From Armatimonadota bacterium (GTDB lineage: Bacteria > Armatimonadota > UBA5829 > DTLH01), in NCBI GenBank assembly GCA_039680575.1, contig JBDKSP010000023.1, positions 35,311 through 99,310 of the forward strand: a DNA stretch of 64,000 nt, read 5' to 3'. Of the stretch, positions 34,286 to 43,905 are shown in pieces. Position numbers and translations under genes: made by a program. Position 1 is the first letter of the stretch. Each line of letters starts with the position of its first letter. Under the pieces are notes generated by a model, which worked only from the letters and a program-made list of their open reading frames with translations, did no database searches and was not told the DNA's origin.

Positions 34286-35497
34286 TTGAGACACCATAAT
34301 ATCAACTTTATAAAGCTTATGCAGGTGTGTAGTATTATTTTACTCGTGTCAGTTCCTTGTTATAGCAACAGTACAGAACAAACACTGCCACGTGGGGTTG
34401 TTGCGTTCAGTGCTCTCGTGGATCCAAATGAATATACCGCAGACGGCGGCTGCTATGACTTGTTCCTTCAGACTACCCATGGATGTAAAGTCACACAACT
34501 GACTAACCGCATAACTACACCAAAGCTTAAATTGGGTGGTGCCATCAGAGAACCGTTATTCTCTCACGATGGAAAGCGTGTGATTTTCCTTGCAGATTAC
34601 TCGAATTCTGACGATAGACGGATGACAATGACTGGTTCGTTGCCTTATCCAAATACGTTTCTCAATGTCTGGGAGGTGCAGCTTGATACACAGAAAGTCT
34701 CGCCTGTAACAAAGGGAGACTGGGGATGGCGTATTTTCGGATGGTCACCGGATGACCATTATATTTGTGCTGTTTATCAGATAAAGCAGGGATTTCTGGA
34801 ACAGGACAAACCCATACCAAATGACATCTACGTTTGGGATATGAATATGCGAAAAGGACAAAAACTTGCTCGTGTCCCAAATGGGGTAGAATATGCCTTC
34901 TGGTCGCATGATGGAAAGAGTATCCTCTATCAGAGTTGTTACAGTGGGAATCTCTACTCGGTTCCGCGTGAAGGTGGTGAATCAAATGTACTACTTCATG
35001 GGAAAGTCGGCCGATATGGGTACAATTTCTCACCGGATGGCCGGAAAATTGCGTATGTGGATGGCGATACAATCTATATAGCTAACACAAACGGCACTAA
35101 ACCAAAGCCGATCCTCAAGATGAGTAAGAACTCCTATCCGCCAGAGTATTGCTGGTCAAGAGACAGTAAAAAACTGGCAATAGTGACAAATGAGCCGTTG
35201 GAAAACTCTCTGGATTCAACTAACTTCCGTGTCTATGATGATAACACGGGGAAGGATGGAGTCGTTGCTACATTGCATGAATCTGTCAAGAATCCAGTGT
35301 GGTCACGGGATGGACAGTGGCTCATTGTGAAGAAATGGGATGCAGGTAGCACCGAGAAACCCGATCCCAAAACCGGATGGCACATGTTCCGTCGCGAAGG
35401 ATTATTGGCGGTTTCGGTTACCGATGGCCACGTTGTTATATTAAAGGAACCGAATGAAGAGACAAAAGGATTGGATTGGGTCGAGATAGCTAATTAG
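34286..35497 (+). CDS. TolB/PD40 beta-propeller secreted protein
   Basis: Repeats FSHDGK, WSPDD, WSHDGK, FSPDGRKIAY, WSRDG. Confidence 0.8.
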   Translation: MRHHNINFIKLMQVCSIILLVSVPCYSNSTEQTLPRGVVAFSALVDPNEYTADGGCYDLFLQTTHGCKVTQLTNRITTPKLKLGGAIREPLFSHDGKRVIFLADYSNSDDRRMTMTGSLPYPNTFLNVWEVQLDTQKVSPVTKGDWGWRIFGWSPDDHYICAVYQIKQGFLEQDKPIPNDIYVWDMNMRKGQKLARVPNGVEYAFWSHDGKSILYQSCYSGNLYSVPREGGESNVLLHGKVGRYGYNFSPDGRKIAYVDGDTIYIANTNGTKPKPILKMSKNSYPPEYCWSRDSKKLAIVTNEPLENSLDSTNFRVYDDNTGKDGVVATLHESVKNPVWSRDGQWLIVKKWDAGSTEKPDPKTGWHMFRREGLLAVSVTDGHVVILKEPNEETKGLDWVEIAN

Positions 35498-35509
35498 CAC
35501 TGCATATAG

Positions 35510-35543
35510 GGCTCCCGTGGATAGAAGCGGGAGCCATTTTTTA
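35510..35543 (+). terminator. Rho-independent terminator (overlaps an att-like motif on the minus strand)
   Basis: GGCTCCCG/CGGGAGCC stem followed by ATTTTTT. Confidence 0.7.
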
Positions 35544-35775
35544 TTATAAATCTATCTTTAGTAAAACTTAGCATTCGTGCAGTGCAAGAACATAAAAGCT
35601 GGGACTTGCCGATTTAGTCAAATCCTTCTACCTTTCCTGCTTTCGTAGATGAGATATTCTGACGTTATCGTACTATTTACATATCGCTTGCTGTACGCTA
35701 AATTCCACATGTCCAACCCCAAGAATTGCTTTGGGATCGAATAATCCACTAGTTTATCAGTAGACTTCCCCACTT

Positions 35776-37377
35776 ATGAAAAACTGCTTCATTTACTGCC
35801 GTGTATCCACAGAGGAGCAAGCAGATAAAGGACACTCTCTCGATACCCAAGAAAGACTATGCCGAGATTTTGCAAAACATGGCGAATATGCAGTGAAAGA
35901 GATATTTCGAGACGAAGGAAAGAGTGCCACTAACCTGGAAAGGCCAGCTCTAAAGGAGTTGCTTTCAAGGTGTACAGAGAGCCAAATCGATGCTGTCATA
36001 GTTCAAGAGACAGATCGGTTAGCAAGAAACACTAAGGATCATCTCACCATAAAAGCAGTTCTCAAGAAGGCAGGAATCAAACTTATATCTGTTGCTCAAC
36101 CTATGCTCGATGATAGCCCCGAGGGCATGATGATTGATACGATATTAGCCAGTGTTAATCAGTTTCAGTCGGATATTAATGGGCGTAAAGCCAAAAGGGG
36201 ACTTGAAGAAAAGTTCAATATGGGATGGTGGCCTGGTTGGGCTCCAGTTGGTTATATCAATGTAACAGTAGAAGGCAATGGAGATGTCAGCAAGAGTCTT
36301 AGGATTATTAAAAAAGACCCTGATAAATGGCATCTGGTTCGAGAGGGTTTCGATCTCTATCTTACAGGTAATTATTCTGCCGATGAGGTTACTGATATCC
36401 TTAACGAAAAAGGGCTGCGCTCCAAATATGGAAGGAAAATCGCCCACAGTGTAATGGTTAATACCTTAAAGAATCCTTTTTATGCTGGAGTTATCAGCTG
36501 GAATGGCAAGAAGTGTGTAGGAAAACATGAGCCCATGATAACCCTGAAAGAACACGAACGGGTATTGCATATAATGGAATCCCATAATGTCCATGCGTGT
36601 AGAAGGCGAAAGCATAACTTTCTTTTACGCGGCTTTGCCTTCTGTAATATCTGCGGCTATCGGTACACTGCCGAAATTCATCAAGTGAAAAAGAAATCAT
36701 ACTACCACTGTGCTGCTATGAGAACACATAGTAATCTTGGACAAAATATTGAGACACTGGAACTCGAACGGGCGGTTGAGAAACAGTTTAGGAAAATTCA
36801 ATTCACTGAAGATTTTGCTCAACTGATCGTTGATAAACTGAGAACAATATATCTTGGTAAAAGGGAATCGACTACCTCTCAGAAACAGGCTCTTTACAAT
36901 CAGAAGAAAGCTATCGAAATGAGACGCGATAAAGCTGAGGAAAAGCTTTTCGATGGATTAATTTCAGATGAAGATTTCTCCAGAATTCGAGCTAAATTTA
37001 GTGCTGAGTTGGCACAGATTCAAAGCCGGATAGAAGAACTTGATGCTCAACAAGATATTGATATAGATGTTGTTCAGGAAATTCTAAGGCTTTCTCGTAA
37101 TATCTACAAAGCATATTTAAAAGCTCCTCAAGAGTTGAAACGTCAGTATCTGGCGCTATTTTGGGATAAATTTCTAATACAGGATAAGAAAATCGTTAAG
37201 GCAATTCCAACAGATCTAGTACTGGCTCTTCAGCAGGAGCAAAAAGTTATAATAAGCATTGATTGGTTCCCCAGTCCGGCACTTACTATAACTATTGAAG
37301 ACAGAAAGTATATGAAAGCCATAAGAAAAAAACTGCAAGAGATCCTCGACTATAATCTCTTGCTCAATGCTGCATAG
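35776..37377 (+). CDS. Large serine recombinase 2
   Basis: YCRVSTEEQ, ETDRLARN, CNICG...YYHC zinc ribbon, coiled coil. Confidence 0.93.
   Translation: MKNCFIYCRVSTEEQADKGHSLDTQERLCRDFAKHGEYAVKEIFRDEGKSATNLERPALKELLSRCTESQIDAVIVQETDRLARNTKDHLTIKAVLKKAGIKLISVAQPMLDDSPEGMMIDTILASVNQFQSDINGRKAKRGLEEKFNMGWWPGWAPVGYINVTVEGNGDVSKSLRIIKKDPDKWHLVREGFDLYLTGNYSADEVTDILNEKGLRSKYGRKIAHSVMVNTLKNPFYAGVISWNGKKCVGKHEPMITLKEHERVLHIMESHNVHACRRRKHNFLLRGFAFCNICGYRYTAEIHQVKKKSYYHCAAMRTHSNLGQNIETLELERAVEKQFRKIQFTEDFAQLIVDKLRTIYLGKRESTTSQKQALYNQKKAIEMRRDKAEEKLFDGLISDEDFSRIRAKFSAELAQIQSRIEELDAQQDIDIDVVQEILRLSRNIYKAYLKAPQELKRQYLALFWDKFLIQDKKIVKAIPTDLVLALQQEQKVIISIDWFPSPALTITIEDRKYMKAIRKKLQEILDYNLLLNAA
37245..37293 (+). 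other. Putative att site 1 inside the LSR2 3' end
   Basis: AGTTATAATAAG-N25-CTTACTATAACT, an 11/12 inverted repeat spanning 49 bp, with core TGGTTCCCCAGTCCG. Confidence 0.65.
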
Positions 37378-37392
37378 TGAACACTCTTCTAC

Positions 37393-37541
37393 TTATCTTT
37401 CTCCGTGCTCCGTGTTTTTAGATGCCCGTTTCTCGAGAACTTGTTGAAGAAAAAGCCTAGCGAACTGTTCAGCTGCTTGGTCTACCAAATGGTTACGTTC
37501 TTATCTGACATTTGTTTATCTTCATCGTGTTGGTTAGCCAT
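37393..37541 (-). pseudogene. Small convergent ORF, copy 1 (1-nt frameshift near 37500)
   Basis: AAGGAG-ATG; reads MANQHDEDKQMSD then LVDQAAEQFARLFLQQVLEKR in the shifted frame; paralog of 42316-42486. Confidence 0.65.
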
Positions 37542-37660
37542 GATCTCCTTATTGCTTATTGGCTAGTTCTAAATCATAGGAGATAATTTGCGTTCGTACA
37601 AGAGGTTGAAGATTGGCCACATTGGATGTACCTGTATTTGGATAAAGATGACAGGGTGTC

Positions 37661-39574
37661 TCATAATTTAGATACTTCTATTTCATCTTCCTGAAACCAA
37701 CCTTCAGTTAAAACATAGTCCTGTAGCTTTTGGGGATTCGCAGTATAGGCAACAATTGCTAAGCTGTTTATTGCACGGCTGCAAGCTACATAGAAGAGAC
37801 GGCGCGTCCTACTAATGCTTGTATCATTGCCTTCTTGTTCATTTTTTACATCTGTTTGAGTTTTTTCTTTTACACCAAACAGTTTTTCATAACTGAACAA
37901 GAAGCCTTTGGCTTCTTCGTCACTAAGAATGACCATCACGCGTGGAAATTCGAGCCCTTTAATACCCTGGTGTGTACCAAACTGGCTCGAATCAGTTATG
38001 TACGCATCATATGCTTCAATCTGACTAAAAGGGGCTTCCAAGCATTCTTTCCAAGCATCTAGTTCCGGTGTCTCGGTTGAATTGCTGGCATCGTTCTCTT
38101 CAGCAGGACTAGCGGCATCCTTATATTCAGCGGTATTTGAGAACGCCAACGGATATAAGCAATCTGGAATATCAAACAGCCTTGTTGTTGCAATGTTGCA
38201 TAAAACATCCACAAGACGAGGATCGTTATGATCTTTCCAAAGAGATAGTAATCGAGTTACAGCATTGTGAGCTTTTTCTACTTCTTTTAGTTGATTATCG
38301 GTAACTGCTGATAAAGTTTTTTTGCTTAGTAGCGGCGAAAACTTTCTTATAATCCGAGTTATTACAAATTGATCCGCTGTTTCTCTTGCTTTCTTGATTG
38401 GCAAAATCAGTTGAGTAAATAGTCTTAATCCAGGCAGAGAACCATCAAGTAATCCTGTTTTAAGTGTATCTATTTTGTAGATGGGGTCGAACATATCCAA
38501 AAATCCCATTCTACTTGCAGCCATATGGTGCTCAAGTATGAGACTCTTATAATCTGATTCGTCACCAGTCCATGCAGAATCGCCAGTGACTTTGGCCATT
38601 CTCTCTGCAGCATTTTTTTCTGCAACGGCTTTATTTGTTGATGAAGGAAAAATAAATAGACGAACGACACCGGCCTGTTTATCTGTTCTTGCTTTCTGCT
38701 CTTGGCTATCTACCTGAGATCTGATTTTATTAATCAGCTTGATTATTCGCGGAGGACAACGATGGTTCATTATCTTTGCCGGTTTTAGCCAATCTTCGGG
38801 TAAATCATGTCCAAGATCAACCTTCCCGTCAGTATATATTTGCTGCATAGTATCACCGAATAATCCTAAAGAAAATCTTTCTTTATGCGCTTCTTGCACT
38901 TCGAGAAAGGCTTCCATCAGGTTCTTGTTGGTGTCCTGACTCTCATCGATCAGAAGAATCGGGAATTTCTCAACCAATATCTTTTTCATCAAGGACTTCT
39001 CTGCAAGAAAATAAGCCCCGATAGCTATTACTTCAGCATGGCTCAGGGAGTCTTTTTCTCGATTATCACTATTTGGATTGTATCTAAAACGTTTGATATT
39101 CTCTAAATTCTGAATTCGCTTCTTTTTATTTTCAATATCCTTCTCTCGATTCATCGATGCTTGAGTTCCACTGCGTCCTTTTTGTTGCTGTATCTCTAGC
39201 TCAGCTATCTGCTTTTCAAGATTCTGCCTCAACCACTCTTTAATGTCGCTTTGAAACCCTTTTATAAGGTCCCAGGTGAAGCTATGTATAGTGGATACGA
39301 CAAATAGAGAATCGTACTCAATCCTGCGTTTAATTTCATCGCAAGCAGCGTTAGTATATGTAATAACAGCGATTTGCTTTCCTTGATATCTGAGACGGCT
39401 ACCTCTATTCTTGCGGAATTCATTAAGAACGTTAACTAATGATCGTGTTTTACCTGACCCAGCTCCTGCGAATAAAAAGAAACTTTTTGGAGAATCTAGG
39501 TCCAAGCAATTGCCTATTTCAACGTCGATATGATCATCAATATGGTTATCTTTTTCTAATGGTTCAATTGACAT
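37661..39574 (-). CDS. gajB: UvrD/SF1 helicase, Gabija GajB-like
   Basis: AGAGSGKT, TYTN, DESQD, GD..Q.IY, KGLEF, YVACSRA; overlaps the OLD nuclease stop. Confidence 0.8.
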   Translation of the reverse strand: MSIEPLEKDNHIDDHIDVEIGNCLDLDSPKSFFLFAGAGSGKTRSLVNVLNEFRKNRGSRLRYQGKQIAVITYTNAACDEIKRRIEYDSLFVVSTIHSFTWDLIKGFQSDIKEWLRQNLEKQIAELEIQQQKGRSGTQASMNREKDIENKKKRIQNLENIKRFRYNPNSDNREKDSLSHAEVIAIGAYFLAEKSLMKKILVEKFPILLIDESQDTNKNLMEAFLEVQEAHKERFSLGLFGDTMQQIYTDGKVDLGHDLPEDWLKPAKIMNHRCPPRIIKLINKIRSQVDSQEQKARTDKQAGVVRLFIFPSSTNKAVAEKNAAERMAKVTGDSAWTGDESDYKSLILEHHMAASRMGFLDMFDPIYKIDTLKTGLLDGSLPGLRLFTQLILPIKKARETADQFVITRIIRKFSPLLSKKTLSAVTDNQLKEVEKAHNAVTRLLSLWKDHNDPRLVDVLCNIATTRLFDIPDCLYPLAFSNTAEYKDAASPAEENDASNSTETPELDAWKECLEAPFSQIEAYDAYITDSSQFGTHQGIKGLEFPRVMVILSDEEAKGFLFSYEKLFGVKEKTQTDVKNEQEGNDTSISRTRRLFYVACSRAINSLAIVAYTANPQKLQDYVLTEGWFQEDEIEVSKL

Positions 39575-41882
39575 TGGCTTTCTCCACTGCAAGAACTTTG
39601 GAAGCATCTGATCCGATAGTTTGTTCGCTATCCAGTTGTTGCTCTAACCAGGAAAGACCTCCAGCGATATAAGTAGGCACCTTAAGCGCGTTAGGATCTT
39701 GCAGAAAAAGAAGTTCGAGGGCAAATTCTGCTTTCTTGGCCGTTCCTAATTCATTAAATAGTTTAGTCCCTAAGCCAGAAACAGTTGATGCATTAACAAT
39801 AGCTTGTTTGCACTTTGCTATCAGTCCTGTTCCTTCCAATTCTCTGAATGTTTCTAGATTCTCGAAGATTAAGGCATCTTCAAATGTATAAGGAAGGGCT
39901 TCCTCATTCTTATCTTTCAGCTTTATGGTTATGGGGTATTGATACGAGGCTCGGACTCGCGAATCGTTATATTCCTTTATTTTTTCTTCAGGCTTTAGAT
40001 CTAGCAAAGCGTCTATCTTCGATTTGGCAGGCACCCATTCTTTAATTGTAGAGTTTCTGGTTTCGTATTCTTTGCCTCTCTCTGGTTGAACAGCTACTCT
40101 ATTATTATTAACATCCACAGCATCTAGATCTGTGATGATAAGGGTAGTCAGCCCCAATTTCTCAATAAGCGGTCTAAGGCGATGGGCATGACTTCCACCA
40201 ATTTCTAATAATGAGATGTAGCTTTTATCGAGCTTCTGAAAATGCTGACGAATGAAATGAGGAAGAAGTATCCTTTCTGCTGGCCCTTCAACGATCATTG
40301 CTGCGTCTGCAAAGAAAAGATCACAATGTGTGGATTTGAGGTATCTAGCCGCGAATTTTAGCGTTTCATTTTCTGGACCGAAAACGTCTGACAAGTTGAC
40401 TACAGTGGAAGTTGGTACTTCAGTCCCTGCCCTAGATCGTTTCCTGCGAAAATAACGAAGACAAGAGAAATCTATCTCATGGGCAATGTGGCTAGAGTGT
40501 GTACTAACAATCAACTGTGTTGATAAACCCGCATTCTCACCTAAAGCATCGTGCTTCCGCAGAATTTCGTATGCTTTACGTATGAAAACTTGTTGGACTT
40601 GCATGTGAAGGTAGGCTTCCGGTTCCTCTATTAACACAAGGTGTAGCGGCTGTATGAGAGAATCCCTTCCTTGTTCAAAAGCTTTTTGGGCGACTTTTCC
40701 TACTTTCATCCATTCGTCACGGAATCTCATCAATCTGAAAACCATAGAAATTAAGTTTTGGTAGCCCAATCCGTTGTGTTGCTCAGGCAGCCTTAATAGG
40801 TTCTCGTTCTTGTTGGAGCCGAAATTGTTTAATTCATATTGGACAGCAGAATTATGATTAAGGCCTTCGATTGGCCTTATTTTTGTTGAAATGGTTATGC
40901 GAGGGTCTGAGAATCCAGGATATCCCAAAGATTCAAGTTCGCCTATAGCACTGCTAAAACCATCTGATAATTTCTTATCAAATGTTTGCTGAGCTTCTTC
41001 AATTGCTTTGAGTGCATCCATGTCATTCACATCTGGAAATTCCATTGGATTCAGATGTTTATCATAATAGCTCCTTAACTGTGAAGAAAGGCATCCACGC
41101 AATTTGAAAGAAGAATCAGTATTTTCATCCGAACGAATGTTACCATCGGAATCAGAAAATCCACGTTGAGCATCAATGGTATTTATTAGAATCAAGCCTT
41201 TAAATGGATCCAGGTCATCAAGTCTGTTTTCATCTATGGTCTCTTGAGGATTTGCAGCTTCACTTTTTGCTAGTTTTGATGGGTCAAGAGTGTATGCACA
41301 TAGTGCAAAGTGTTGGTTTAAGCGTTTCTCAAGAAACTCCTGCATGTTCCTGGGCCATAATCGCAAATCTGAGCAGGCTGTAGTTTCCTTTCCGGTCTTG
41401 AATGAGTCTTCGTATTCCTTAATAAGCTGATTTGTTGATTTACGACTGGCGCAATAATCTTTGAAAAGCTCTTCCATTTGTTTTGGCTCTAGTCTTAGCC
41501 GAACCCCTAGAAGACCGCCTTTCCAATCTAGTGTTGGAATTAAATGGATAACATGATGGATTTCATTATCAGCAACTTCAAGCCATATATCCATCGATGG
41601 CAGATATGGTTCCCATAGATTGAGGGATATATCTATACTATCAGTTGAAGGTTCGTCCTTTTCCCAATTTGATCCAATCTTGTTGATTTCTATCCAATTC
41701 GACAGCGTAAAATCCGTGGTGCTAAAATTGTTCTTTTTGCATAAGAATTTGTATAAGGCAGCCATAGCAGAGGTCTTTCCACTATTGTTTGCGCCGACAA
41801 ACACAGTTGTTTCATCAGCGAAGTCAATGCGGCAAGACTTTAATTTTCTGAAATTTTGTATTTCGATAAACTTTATCTTCAT
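39564..41882 (-). CDS. gajA: OLD-family ABC-ATPase/TOPRIM nuclease, Gabija GajA-like
   Basis: GANNSGKT, IEEPEAYLH, STHS, VEGPAE, TDLD; ATG 41882 after GAGG. Confidence 0.82.
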   Translation of the reverse strand: MKIKFIEIQNFRKLKSCRIDFADETTVFVGANNSGKTSAMAALYKFLCKKNNFSTTDFTLSNWIEINKIGSNWEKDEPSTDSIDISLNLWEPYLPSMDIWLEVADNEIHHVIHLIPTLDWKGGLLGVRLRLEPKQMEELFKDYCASRKSTNQLIKEYEDSFKTGKETTACSDLRLWPRNMQEFLEKRLNQHFALCAYTLDPSKLAKSEAANPQETIDENRLDDLDPFKGLILINTIDAQRGFSDSDGNIRSDENTDSSFKLRGCLSSQLRSYYDKHLNPMEFPDVNDMDALKAIEEAQQTFDKKLSDGFSSAIGELESLGYPGFSDPRITISTKIRPIEGLNHNSAVQYELNNFGSNKNENLLRLPEQHNGLGYQNLISMVFRLMRFRDEWMKVGKVAQKAFEQGRDSLIQPLHLVLIEEPEAYLHMQVQQVFIRKAYEILRKHDALGENAGLSTQLIVSTHSSHIAHEIDFSCLRYFRRKRSRAGTEVPTSTVVNLSDVFGPENETLKFAARYLKSTHCDLFFADAAMIVEGPAERILLPHFIRQHFQKLDKSYISLLEIGGSHAHRLRPLIEKLGLTTLIITDLDAVDVNNNRVAVQPERGKEYETRNSTIKEWVPAKSKIDALLDLKPEEKIKEYNDSRVRASYQYPITIKLKDKNEEALPYTFEDALIFENLETFRELEGTGLIAKCKQAIVNASTVSGLGTKLFNELGTAKKAEFALELLFLQDPNALKVPTYIAGGLSWLEQQLDSEQTIGSDASKVLAVEKANVN

Positions 41883-42147
41883 GTTAAGCACCTCGACAAT
41901 TGTAACTTTATGATAGCACCTCAGCAATTTTTGGTAAATCTTTAAGCCTGGCAGGAATTATATTGATTAACCCTACAAGAATAGAATTTCGCTAAAATTA
42001 CACTTGTTTGTGCCTACCTTTTCTGCCAATTTGCTTCTTTGAGCATATTCTCCTATTTATTGTGGTAGTATTGGCTTGGTAATCTAGGGGGCAGAATTGG
42101 TTATGGAATGTACGTAGCACTAGGTGCTGAAAAAATAAGGTCGAGTT

Positions 42148-42187
42148 AAAATAAGGAGATTAGAACTAGTTCTAGTCTCCTTATTTT
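42148..42187. repeat. 40-bp near-perfect palindrome abutting putative att site 2
   Basis: AAAATAAGGAGA-T-TAGAACTAGTTCTA-G-TCTCCTTATTTT. Confidence 0.85.
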
Positions 42188-42290
42188 GGCTCCCGAGCCC
42201 GCTGCTTAACACAACTTTTCATGACCGGATGTATATGACTGTGTAAAAGCAAGAGTAAGAAGCATAAATGCTCTGATAGCTGGGAAGTAG
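42168..42290 (+). pseudogene. Putative att site 2 plus an orphan LSR C-terminal tail
   Basis: AGTT-N41-AACT with the same spacing as site 1. Translates WLPSPLLNTTFHDRMYMT.. versus LSR2 WFPSPALTITIEDRKYMK.. Confidence 0.7.
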
Positions 42291-42315
42291 TTTCTGTTGT
42301 TTTCTGCTATTCGCA

Positions 42316-42486
42316 TCATCTTAAATACCGCGAAGAATCAGATGTGTTTTCTGATTTTTTCCTGCTCCGCATTTCCAGCACCTGCTGAAGGAAAAGTCTG
42401 GCAAATAGAATAGCAGCCTCATCAACGATATTCCCCATTTCTTTTTTCTCCTCATCTGTACCAGCTTCCAATGATGTATCAGTCAT
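42316..42486 (-). CDS. Small convergent ORF, copy 2 (56 aa)
   Basis: AAGGAG-ATG; MTDTSLEAGTDEEKKEMGNIVDEAAILFARLFLQQVLEMRSRKKSENTSDSSRYLR. Confidence 0.7.
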   Translation of the reverse strand: MTDTSLEAGTDEEKKEMGNIVDEAAILFARLFLQQVLEMRSRKKSENTSDSSRYLR

Positions 42487-42701
42487 TAAAGCTCCTTTTC
42501 CTTAATAAATAGATACATCCAGCCTACGGAATAAAGAGAACTCCCACAAGAATGGATGTATTGCCTTAACAGGCAAAGCTAGCTACGAGTTTGCCTCCTG
42601 AAGCAATATCTCCTCACTTATGCCTGTCATTCCAGTCTGCTATCTTTTGAAGCGCCATGCAAACAAGTGTTTGCGTGAGACTCAAATGGAGGCAGTGTGC
42701 A

Positions 42702-43634
42702 GTGAAACTGCAGGAACTCAGATTCGGAGTAGAGATAGAAACCGTGAAGCGCAGAAGAGGGGATGTTGCTAATGCTATCCAATCGGTTGTCGGAGGTGCA
42801 GCAACGCATGTTGGAAGATCATCTTCATTTGACCCTTGGGAAGTCCGTGATGATCAGAATCGTGTGTGGAAAGTGGTTGCTGATTCGTCTCTTTCCAACG
42901 TTGCACCGGAATTTCGCGCTGAAGTAGTAAGCCCAGTCCTAACTTATGAAGATCTGCTAGATCTTCAGGATGTGGTGAGAGCCATTCGCAGATGCGGATC
43001 AGTAGTGGATGAAAAGTGCGGGATGCACATACACGTAGATGCAAGCGCATTTGACGGAAGATCTCTTACCAACCTCGCCAAGATCATCCACAAACAAGAG
43101 GAATTAATCTTAACAGCCTTGGGTGTAAGTGCAGAAAGAATGCGTCGGTATACAAAGCCGATGAGTCCAGACTTCATAGCAAAGATTGAGAGCAGCCGTC
43201 CAAAGACAAAGGAACAGATGAACCGCATCTGGTATGGATATCAGAATAACCATCCAGAACACTATGACCAGACAAGGTATTACGGAGTGAACTTTCACAA
43301 CGTCTGGTATCGAGGAACTGTCGAGTTCAGATGGTTTGCAGCCACGTTACATGCAGGCAAAGTTAAAGCTGCTATACAGTTTGTTCTTGCCATAGCAGCC
43401 AAGGCGCTAAATAACCGTGGTGCATCAAGTAGAAGACGTCAGTTCGATCCGCAAAGCGCCAAATACGACTTCCGCTGCTTTCTTCTAAGACTTGGGATGA
43501 ATGGTGATGAATTCAAGACGGCGAGAAAGCATTTACTCTGTGCTATGCCTGGAGATGCTGCCTGGAAATATGGACGCCCAAAACAAGATGATAGAGATTT
43601 AGAGCAATCGGAGGTATGCGATGAAACGAGATAA
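42702..43634 (+). CDS. Putative amidoligase (COOH-NH2 ligase, Amidoligase_2 type)
   Basis: [31 protein letters not shown]. Confidence 0.88.
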   Translation: MKLQELRFGVEIETVKRRRGDVANAIQSVVGGAATHVGRSSSFDPWEVRDDQNRVWKVVADSSLSNVAPEFRAEVVSPVLTYEDLLDLQDVVRAIRRCGSVVDEKCGMHIHVDASAFDGRSLTNLAKIIHKQEELILTALGVSAERMRRYTKPMSPDFIAKIESSRPKTKEQMNRIWYGYQNNHPEHYDQTRYYGVNFHNVWYRGTVEFRWFAATLHAGKVKAAIQFVLAIAAKALNNRGASSRRRQFDPQSAKYDFRCFLLRLGMNGDEFKTARKHLLCAMPGDAAWKYGRPKQDDRDLEQSEVCDETR

Positions 43635-43905
43635 GGTACAGATACCTCAAAAAGTGATGGAAGGGATCGAGGCGGTAAGGCTGTCCGGCAAGACTAATAT
43701 GCTTGATGTCCCGATGGTAATACATTTGGCGCTGGAAATGGGTTTTCCTCAAGCAGCAGTGTGGGTTTATGAATATCAAAATCTCTATGCCCAGGGAGTA
43801 TTCACTGGATTTGTTACTGCTGAAAGTGTTGAGAATTCTGAGCTTGGCAAACCAAAAGAGATTATCGACTGGGATGGAGGTGATGAGGAATGTGTGGACA
43901 GGTAG
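43621..43905 (+). CDS. DUF5049-like small protein
   Basis: [15 protein letters not shown]...ALEMGF. Confidence 0.65.
   Translation: MKRDKVQIPQKVMEGIEAVRLSGKTNMLDVPMVIHLALEMGFPQAAVWVYEYQNLYAQGVFTGFVTAESVENSELGKPKEIIDWDGGDEECVDR

Noticed and set aside
42144..42156. AGTTAAAATAAGG resembles part of the SpCas9 tracrRNA
   Set aside because: Short AT-rich match explained by the palindrome arm; no cas genes or CRISPR array in the window.
42187..42200. TGGCTCCC as the reverse complement of a tRNA 3' end
   Set aside because: No T-arm (TTCGA) or cloverleaf adjacent; better explained as an LSR tail/att core.
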